A stretch of DNA of 60,337 nucleotides from positions 7,309 to 67,645 of the forward strand of contig DAOKZJ010000002.1 in NCBI GenBank assembly GCA_035325685.1. Direction: 5' to 3'. Of this stretch, positions 54,103 to 60,337 are shown one piece after another. Position 1 is the first letter of the stretch. Every line of letters begins with the position of its first letter. Below the pieces are notes generated by a model, which was not told the DNA's origin, ran no database searches, and saw nothing but the letters and a program-made list of their open reading frames with translations. This stretch comes from Candidatus Moraniibacteriota bacterium (GTDB taxonomy: Bacteria; Patescibacteriota; Minisyncoccia; Moranbacterales; GWC2-37-73). Made by a program: the position numbers and the translations under genes.

Positions 54103-54223
54103 TTGAAATCACTAACATTTTCTAATCTGACAAAAAGATAGATCTTTTTGTTTCACGAATTTACGCGAAGGCGATTGGTGGTGATGGGGTGTGATTGGCG
54201 TAGATTGGTGATCGATATTATCA

Positions 54224-54868
54224 ATGAACTTGATTATTTTTGGTCCGCAAGGATCGGGAAAGGGCACGCAAGCCGACAAGCTTAGCGAACGGTACGGCTT
54301 GGCGCATATCGAAACCGGTCAGATCTTTCGCGATATTGCGCGGGAAGATTCGGAATTGGGAAGGATGATTAAAGATTTAAACGACCGCAAAGAAATGATT
54401 CCGGATGCGGTTACCATGCGGGTGCTCAAAGAAAATGTCGACAAGGTTCTGGCTTCCTGGGGGATAATCCTGGATAGCGCTCCGCGCACCTTGGGTCAAA
54501 TAAAGCCGGTTGAAGAAATGCTTGTTTCCTTGGATCGAAAATTGGACAAAGCCATTTACATAACACTTCCGTACGAAGTTTCCGTGGAGCGCATCACTAA
54601 AAGGTATATGTGCCCTCTTTGCCGCAGACATTTTGTGTTGGGCAAAGATATAAAAAGCGCAGACGATCCTTGTCCCACTTGCGGTGGTCCTATCCGGCAG
54701 CGGATGGATGATACGCCCGAAGGGGTGGCTAAGCGCCTGAAGACTTTTTACGAAGTGACCATTCCGGTCGTCGAACATTATCGGCAACGAGGGATGCTGG
54801 TGGAGGTGGAGGGAAATCAGCCCGTAGAAAAAGTATTTGCGGATATTGTTGTAAAACTGCAGAGCTGA
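54224..54868 (+). CDS. adk: Adenylate kinase (Zn-lid type)
   Basis: GPQGSGKGTQ P-loop, and a CPLC...CPTCG lid. Confidence 0.96.
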   Translation: MNLIIFGPQGSGKGTQADKLSERYGLAHIETGQIFRDIAREDSELGRMIKDLNDRKEMIPDAVTMRVLKENVDKVLASWGIILDSAPRTLGQIKPVEEMLVSLDRKLDKAIYITLPYEVSVERITKRYMCPLCRRHFVLGKDIKSADDPCPTCGGPIRQRMDDTPEGVAKRLKTFYEVTIPVVEHYRQRGMLVEVEGNQPVEKVFADIVVKLQS

Positions 54869-54994
54869 TTTGATTCCCGCGGTTGGATAAACGGCTTGCG
54901 TCGCCGGTGCTTGGTTGGCGTATTTGCAAGGGAGGACCGGGGGTTTCTTGGCGGCAATCAACGTATTCGATAGCTACAAAAAATAAACCAACGT

Positions 54995-55762
54995 ATGCCT
55001 ATTTCCGTTAAAACTGAAAAGCAGATAGTGTCGATGCGCAAAGGGGGGGCTATTTTGGCCTTGGTGATGAGGCGTCTCGGCGAAATGATTGCTCCGGGAG
55101 TTTCCACCGCAGCTTTGGATGGCCTTGCTGAAGAGCTTATCTTGGCGCATGGCGGCACGCCTTCTTTCAAGGGATATGGCGAAAAAAACAACCCTTTCCC
55201 GGCCACTCTTTGCGTTTCTTTTAACGACGAAGTTGTGCACGGCATTCCAACCAAAGACAAGCTCATTTCTGCCGGAGATCTGGTCAAGATAGATGTGGGC
55301 ATGCGCTACGAAGGGATGCATACCGATATGGCGCGCACCTTTGCGGTGGGCATGGTGTCCAAAGAAGCGCTAAACCTTGTCTCGGCAGCCGAGCAAGCTT
55401 TTTGGGATGGCGTAGCCAAGCTCAAAGACGGCGCTTATTTGGCGGATTATTCTAAAGCGGCGGAGCGCGCGGTGAAAAAAGCCGGTTTTACGGTGGTGCG
55501 CAACCTGGTAGGACACGGCATCGGCAAGGAACTGCATGAGGAGCCGCAAGTGCCCAATTTTTACGAACGCGCCTACCGCCCGGTTAGACTGTCGGCGGGG
55601 ATGACGCTGGCGCTGGAACCGATGGTCAATGCCGGCAGCGCCAATACTTACGTGGGCAAGGATGGTTGGGCGTACAAGACGAGCGACGGAGCTTTGAGCG
55701 CGCATTACGAAAACACGGTGCTTATCACCAAAGATGGAGCGGAAGTTTTGACGCAGGAATAA
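54995..55762 (+). CDS. map: Methionine aminopeptidase type I
   Basis: Pita-bread fold motifs, including HGIG. Confidence 0.96.
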   Translation: MPISVKTEKQIVSMRKGGAILALVMRRLGEMIAPGVSTAALDGLAEELILAHGGTPSFKGYGEKNNPFPATLCVSFNDEVVHGIPTKDKLISAGDLVKIDVGMRYEGMHTDMARTFAVGMVSKEALNLVSAAEQAFWDGVAKLKDGAYLADYSKAAERAVKKAGFTVVRNLVGHGIGKELHEEPQVPNFYERAYRPVRLSAGMTLALEPMVNAGSANTYVGKDGWAYKTSDGALSAHYENTVLITKDGAEVLTQE

Positions 55763-55767
55763 AAAAT

Positions 55768-55800
55768 TCCCGCTTCCGGTAGTTCGGAAGCGGGATGTTT
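55768..55800. terminator. Bidirectional terminator
   Basis: TCCCGCTTCCG-gtagtt-CGGAAGCGGGA flanked by A6 and T4. Confidence 0.8.
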
Positions 55801-56019
55801 TCAGGGAAGGGAAAGGTATATCATTCTTATGCGCTGATCTTCCCTCCTCCTTTTGGCTGTTTTGTAACTGGAGATCTTGACCCTAATTGCGCTCAAGGCC
55901 GCCTTCTTCCAGTCGCGAACTTGTTTCAAAAAGGAACTCAGCCTTCCCTTTCCCTCCATATAAAAGCAAAAGAGGGAAAAAACTAGGCATAAAAAGCAGG
56001 CGACAATGATTGGTTCCAT
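55801..56019 (-). CDS. Small membrane protein (72 aa; hydrophobic N-terminus, basic C-terminus)
   Basis: It has its own promoter (TTGACT-17-TATCAT), GGGAGG 6 nt before the ATG, and a terminator directly after the stop. Confidence 0.55.
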   Translation of the reverse strand: MEPIIVACFLCLVFSLFCFYMEGKGRLSSFLKQVRDWKKAALSAIRVKISSYKTAKRRREDQRIRMIYLSLP

Positions 56020-56035
56020 GGAACACCTCCCGGGG

Positions 56036-56084
56036 TTGAATTAGCCTTACTTCTAATGATATCATAAAAAAGTAAAAAAGTCAA
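56036..56084. promoter_or_regulatory. Back-to-back divergent promoters sharing the palindromic -10 ATGATATCAT
   Basis: Plus strand: TTGAAT 56036-41 / TATCAT 56060-65. Minus strand: TTGACT (reverse complement of 56079-84) / TATCAT (reverse complement of 56056-61). Confidence 0.5.
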
Positions 56085-56125
56085 TATATGGGCATAATTT
56101 GGCTAAAATAAGCCATTAATAACCT

Positions 56126-56539
56126 ATGGAAAATTCGGTTAAAAAAATTTTGGGAATAGATTACGGGGAGCGCAAGGTGGGGTTGGCGATTGCGGACACG
56201 GAAACACGCATGGCCTTTGCTTTTGACACGCTAGACGGGGCAAGTAAGAATTTTTTGGAAAATTTAAAAGAGATAATTAGGGGCGAAAATGTGGAGGCGG
56301 TAGTTATCGGCATTCCTTCGCACATTAATCGGGTAAAAGTGGAATATCCCGGCGAAAGATTAGGCAAAAGGATAGCTGCGGAAACCGGGATAAAGGTTTT
56401 TTACCAAAACGAAATGTTTACTACCAAAATGGCCAAAGCGCATTTGCTTGCCAAGGGGGTAAGGGGTGTGGATAAGGTGGATGACCAGGAAGCGGCTCGC
56501 ATTATTTTGCAGGAATGGTTGGATGGCGCAAGCATATAG
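56126..56539 (+). CDS. ruvX: Holliday-junction-resolvase-like RuvX/YqgF
   Basis: ILGIDYGERKVGLAIAD. Confidence 0.9.
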   Translation: MENSVKKILGIDYGERKVGLAIADTETRMAFAFDTLDGASKNFLENLKEIIRGENVEAVVIGIPSHINRVKVEYPGERLGKRIAAETGIKVFYQNEMFTTKMAKAHLLAKGVRGVDKVDDQEAARIILQEWLDGASI

Positions 56540-56654
56540 CATATGCCAGGCGGCATGGACCAGGAATCAGGCAGCAATGCCTCCATGTACCCTTTTGCGG
56601 CTTTGTGGTACAATGGTTTCAGTAGGGGGGTAATATGTAAACAAACAGCCAGGC

Positions 56655-57410
56655 ATGGAAAAGAATCCATATTTGTCGGTAGTAATTCCGGCGTACAAAG
56701 AAGGGGAGAGAATCGGTCGCAACTTGCTCGAGGTGGAGCAATTCCTTTCGGGCAAGGGTTATGAATACGAAGTGATTGTGGTGGTGGACGGTTCGCCGGA
56801 TAATACCGCCGAAATCGCCCGCAACTACGGAGATCAGATCAAGAATTTGCGAGTTATTGAAAACAAGGAAAATCACGGCAAGGGATACGTCGTGCGGCAA
56901 GGTCTCTTGGAGGCCAAAGGGGAATACCGGGTCTTTCTGGACGCGGACGGATCCACCTCCATCACGCATGTGGATAAGTTCATGCCGGAGTTTGAAAAAG
57001 GATATGATTTGGTGATCGGTTCGCGCAAAGTGGAAGGCGCTTTCATCCAGGTGCATCAGCCCAAATATCGTGAAATCATGGGGGAAGGCGGCAACTGGCT
57101 CATTCGCATCGTGCTGGGTCTTTGGAGTTATCCGGACACGCAATGCGGGTTTAAAATGATCACCGGACGCGCCGCTCAAGAAGTAGCTTCACGTATGGTG
57201 GTGGATCGCTTCGGCTTTGATTTTGAATTTATTGTTCTGGCTCAAAAATTGGGCTTCAAGGTCAAGCAGATGCCGGTCAGATGGATGAATGAAGAAGGAT
57301 CGACCGTGAGCCTTACCGGCAAGAACGGTTTCATCCAGGTACTCATTGACTTATTCAAGACAAAGGGACGGCTCCTTACGGGGCAGTATCATATAAAAAA
57401 GCAAAAATAG
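56655..57410 (+). CDS. Family 2 glycosyltransferase (polyprenol-phosphate hexosyltransferase-like)
   Basis: LSVVIPAYKE...DGSPDNT...DAD. Confidence 0.85.
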   Translation: MEKNPYLSVVIPAYKEGERIGRNLLEVEQFLSGKGYEYEVIVVVDGSPDNTAEIARNYGDQIKNLRVIENKENHGKGYVVRQGLLEAKGEYRVFLDADGSTSITHVDKFMPEFEKGYDLVIGSRKVEGAFIQVHQPKYREIMGEGGNWLIRIVLGLWSYPDTQCGFKMITGRAAQEVASRMVVDRFGFDFEFIVLAQKLGFKVKQMPVRWMNEEGSTVSLTGKNGFIQVLIDLFKTKGRLLTGQYHIKKQK

Positions 57411-57433
57411 TTACCAGTTACAAGCCAAGGGTT

Positions 57434-58492
57434 GTGCAAATAAACATCAACAACAAAACTCAAGAGAAGGAAATTGGGGAGGATGGCGGCAAAAAGCCGT
57501 TGTCTTCCGAACTTCGGCAAGATTTGGTGACCGGCGATTGGGTGGTCATTGCGACCGCGCGCGCCAAGCGTCCGGAGGATTTTGCCAAAGAACCGCAAGC
57601 CGCGATGGAAGCCAATGACGTTGCCAATTGCCTTTTTGAGGATCCGGTGGCCAGCGGACAGGAAAAAGACGTGCTTATTTACCATCGCAGCGACGGAGAA
57701 TGGACGCTGCGGGTTTTCCCCAATAAGTTTCCCGCTTTTTCCAATGCGCGCCCGGTCAAGCCATGCGAGGAGGGGCCTTATTTTTCCATGCCGGCCGTCG
57801 GCTATCATGAAGTGATAGTCACACGCGACCATTTTCGCCATTTGCCCCAGTTGGAAGTGCCGGAGGTGGCCGAAGTGGTGGACGCTTTCCAGGAAAGGTA
57901 TCTGACGCTGATGAGCAAGAAGAGCGTCAAATATATTTCAATTTTCCACAATTATGGGCGCGAAGCAGGAGCCTCGATCGCTCATCCGCATTCGCAGTTG
58001 ATTGCCATGCCGGTCCTTTCTCCTTATTTGGAAGGAGAGCTTTCCGGAGCGGAACGGTATCGCAAAGCTAACCGCGAATGCGTATATTGCGCTATGCTCG
58101 GTTGGGAATTGGAAAAAAAAGAGCGGATTGTGTTTGAAAATGAAGATTTTGTGGCATTTTGTCCGTTTGCCAGCCGCGCCGCTTTTGAGGTATGGGTTCT
58201 GCCCAAAAAGCATTCCCCTTATTTTGAGCGCATAACCGACGAGGGGAAGATATCGTTTGCCCAAGTTCTCAAAAATGCCCTACTTGCGGTGCGCAGCGCG
58301 CTCAATGACGCTCCTTATAACTTCTATATCCACACCGCGCCGTGTGACGGGAAGGATTATCCTCATTACCACTGGCACGTGGAGATATTGCCGCACACGG
58401 CCACCTGGGCCGGGTTCGAGTTGGAAACAGGGATAGAGATATCCACGATTCAGCCGGAGGTGGCGGCCGAATATTTGAGAAAACAGTTGTAA
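57434..58492 (+). CDS. galT: Galactose-1-phosphate uridylyltransferase family (HIT superfamily); start uncertain
   Basis: HPHSQLIA HxHxQ motif and the RWVIIA-like N-terminus. A GTG lies at 57434. Confidence 0.83.
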   Translation: MQININNKTQEKEIGEDGGKKPLSSELRQDLVTGDWVVIATARAKRPEDFAKEPQAAMEANDVANCLFEDPVASGQEKDVLIYHRSDGEWTLRVFPNKFPAFSNARPVKPCEEGPYFSMPAVGYHEVIVTRDHFRHLPQLEVPEVAEVVDAFQERYLTLMSKKSVKYISIFHNYGREAGASIAHPHSQLIAMPVLSPYLEGELSGAERYRKANRECVYCAMLGWELEKKERIVFENEDFVAFCPFASRAAFEVWVLPKKHSPYFERITDEGKISFAQVLKNALLAVRSALNDAPYNFYIHTAPCDGKDYPHYHWHVEILPHTATWAGFELETGIEISTIQPEVAAEYLRKQL

Positions 58493-58590
58493 TTGTGGCA
58501 AAAAGTTTGTAAAGTTAGAAAGTTCCTGAAGTTCCCCTTGGTATCACGTTGAGAACTTTTTATTTTGTAAACTTTGTAAACTTATTTTTT
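58493..58590. repeat. AAGTT / AACTT, TTTGTAAAC word spacer
   Basis: GTTTGTAAAGTTAGAAAGTTCCTGAAGTTCC ... GAGAACTTTTTATTTTGTAAACTTTGTAAACTT. Confidence 0.7.
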
Positions 58591-59070
58591 ATGCACGATC
58601 TTGTCATAAATTTCTTTTCCGGTTTCCCCAAGGAGTTGGCGACTTTTTTAATCGCCATCGTGCCCGTTACGGAGCTGCGCGCTTCCATTCCGGTGGCCGT
58701 GACGCAATTCGGCATGGATCCGTTTTCGGCGTGGTTTTGGTCAGTTTTGGGCACTTTTTTTGCCATGCTTCTTATTTTGTTCGCGCTGGAGCCGGTAGCT
58801 TCGCTGCTTTCGCGCTACTTTTCTTTTTTCCATAAATTCTTTGAATGGCTTTTTGAGCATACGCGCAAGCGCGCCAACGGCAAGATGGAAAAGTACGGGG
58901 AGTGGGCGATTTTCATTTTGGCCGCTACGCCCATCCCCCTTATCGGTGGACTTACCGGAGCCTTGGCGGCGTTTGTTTTTGGGGTGGCTTACAAGAAAGC
59001 GATCCCACTGCTCTTGGTTGGTACGATGGTTTCCGGGGTGATAGTGCTGGGGATTACCCTTTGGTTTTGA
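58591..59070 (+). CDS. Small membrane protein, COG2426 / small multidrug export-like
   Basis: Four TM segments and an IVPVTELRASIP motif. Confidence 0.55.
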   Translation: MHDLVINFFSGFPKELATFLIAIVPVTELRASIPVAVTQFGMDPFSAWFWSVLGTFFAMLLILFALEPVASLLSRYFSFFHKFFEWLFEHTRKRANGKMEKYGEWAIFILAATPIPLIGGLTGALAAFVFGVAYKKAIPLLLVGTMVSGVIVLGITLWF

Positions 59071-59088
59071 ATGTTGTCGGAAAATAAT

Positions 59089-59865
59089 ATGAAAAGAATC
59101 CTGGTAGGAAATCACAAGATGAATTTGCTGACCTTGGCGGAAAGGGATAATTATCTCTCGTCGTTATTACTTGAGGCGAAGAAGATTTCCCGAAGTGCTT
59201 TGGAAATCGTGGTTTGTCCCGCTTGCGTGCATCTGGAAAAATTCGCCAAAGAACTTTCCGCGGCCGGAATGGGCGCGGGTGTGCAGAACATATATGCCGA
59301 AAGCCGCGGATCTTTTACGGGAGAAATTTCCGCGCCAATGGTTTCTTCGTTGGGTGCGACCCACGTCATAGTGGGACACAGCGAGCGCAGAAATCTTTTC
59401 GGCGAAACCAATGCGCAGTCCAATGCCAAAATACGGGCTGCCATTTTTGCAGGTCTCAACGTGATCTATTGCGTGGGCGAGAGCGCCAAAGAGCGCAAGG
59501 AGGGTAGCTTGAGTGCGGTTATCGAAAGTCAACTAGCAGAAGGACTGGAAGGGGTGGCCGTTTCCCAATTGGACAAGGTGATTGTTGCTTATGAGCCGAT
59601 CTGGGCGGTTGGAAGCGACCAGATTCCAAGTACGGATGAAATAATGGAGGCGCGCATCTTGCTCCGTAAAATTCTTTCCAGGATTTACGGTTTGGAGAAA
59701 GTGAATGGTGTGCGCATTCTTTACGGAGGGAGCGTCAAGGCGGCTACGGCCAAACAACTCTGCGTCGAGGCGGGAATGGATGGAGTTCTGGTTGGGCGCG
59801 AAAGCCTTATCCCCGGTGAATTTTTGAAAATAGGGGAGATAATAAATAAGGCATATGACATATAA
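59089..59865 (+). CDS. tpiA: Triosephosphate isomerase (alternative start 59071)
   Basis: GNHKMN, VGHSERR, AYEPIWAVGS. Confidence 0.94.
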   Translation: MKRILVGNHKMNLLTLAERDNYLSSLLLEAKKISRSALEIVVCPACVHLEKFAKELSAAGMGAGVQNIYAESRGSFTGEISAPMVSSLGATHVIVGHSERRNLFGETNAQSNAKIRAAIFAGLNVIYCVGESAKERKEGSLSAVIESQLAEGLEGVAVSQLDKVIVAYEPIWAVGSDQIPSTDEIMEARILLRKILSRIYGLEKVNGVRILYGGSVKAATAKQLCVEAGMDGVLVGRESLIPGEFLKIGEIINKAYDI

Positions 59866-60005
59866 CATGAAGCTATTCGTCTAACATGTAACATAAAACA
59901 TGTAATAAGCTCGCCTGCATCAATTTTCGTGAAGCTCCTGAGTCGTTACATGCTTAAATGCTACATGCTGCATGGCTTTGCTGCATGCTACATGCTACAG
60001 GGATA
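59866..60005. repeat. CATGTAA / GCTACATGC word spacer with dyad arms
   Basis: TAACATGTAACATAAAACATGTAATAAGC, a core, then GTTACATGCTTAAATGCTACATGCTGCATGG..GCTGCATGCTACATGCTAC. Confidence 0.85.
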
Positions 60006-60337
60006 ATGATTACTTCTGTCAAAGAAATACTTGCCAATGCCCAAGAAGGAGGCTACGCGGTGGGAGCGTTCAATACCACCAATCTTGAAACGACCAAGGC
60101 GATCATTGAGGCGGCCAAGGAGCTGCGCAGTCCGGTTATCGTGCAGATTACCGAAAAGACCATGGAATATGCCGGAGGACGTGCCATTTTCAACTTGGTC
60201 AAAAATTGCGCCGAATTCTACGCGCCGGAAATACCGGTCGGGATTCACCTGGATCACGGCAAGAGCATGGAGGTGGTTCAGCGCTGTGCGGAAATCGGAT
60301 TTCCCTCAGTGATGTACGATGGTTCGCGCAAGGAATA
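60006..60337 (+). CDS. fba: Class II fructose-bisphosphate aldolase, 3'-truncated at window edge
   Basis: Hand translation MITSVKEILANAQEGGYAVGAFN...GIHLDHG. The frame is open to the window end and is absent from the ORF track. Confidence 0.9.
   Translation, partial: MITSVKEILANAQEGGYAVGAFNTTNLETTKAIIEAAKELRSPVIVQITEKTMEYAGGRAIFNLVKNCAEFYAPEIPVGIHLDHGKSMEVVQRCAEIGFPSVMYDGSRKE

Noticed and set aside
60031-60312. The track ORF of 93 aa (MPMPKKEATRWERS...).
   Set aside because: It is an out-of-frame overlap of the fba gene. The frame starting at 60006 gives a clear class II aldolase sequence and stays open to the window end.

Overview
This 60.3 kb window is a housekeeping region of a small-genome bacterium. 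The gene content looks like Candidate Phyla Radiation / Patescibacteria (Parcubacteria-like): uL30 is absent between rpsE and rplO, only class III RNR is present, DNA-uptake genes dprA and comEC are present, many proteins carry Lys/Ala-rich tails, and few genes have Shine-Dalgarno sites. This lineage call is an inference. No rRNA, CRISPR array, transposase or integrase is visible.

Gene order:
- atpC (partial), then two paralog-like Zn-motif proteins, tRNA-Leu(CAA), parA and parB.
- On the minus strand: relA/spoT, topA, dprA, pth and an LCP-family gene.
- lepB, hisS, HIT, rpsU, yqeY, ybeY, dgkA, ftsA, ftsZ.
- nrdR, nrdD, a mini glycyl-radical ORF, nrdG.
- A membrane/secreted cluster containing ApbE and a bis-heme ferric-reductase-type membrane protein.
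- DUF167, then ComEC split into two ORFs, then ndk.
- A four-gene small-protein operon, tRNA-Pro(GGG), and assorted envelope and hydrolase genes, including rpmB.
- The str/S10/spc ribosomal cluster (rpsL through map), then ruvX, a GT2 glycosyltransferase, galT, tpiA and fba (partial).

Most interesting observations:
1. An intact 89-aa ORF between nrdD and nrdG duplicates the NrdD glycyl-radical loop (about 88% nucleotide identity over about 99 nt). It has its own CxxC...CxxC ribbon. It may be a GrcA-like spare part for class III RNR.
2. Intergenic spacers, including unusually long ones inside the ribosomal operons, are built from spacer-specific 6-8 nt words repeated at about 7-nt period. The words form dyad arms around a unique core.
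3. Two tandem structured ncRNA candidates between dprA and pth each have a promoter, and I could not assign either to a known class.
4. A strongly SD-driven operon of 138/43/59/37-aa proteins sits behind a promoter, leader and terminator arrangement.

All coordinates and base-pair counts were made by hand from the sequence.
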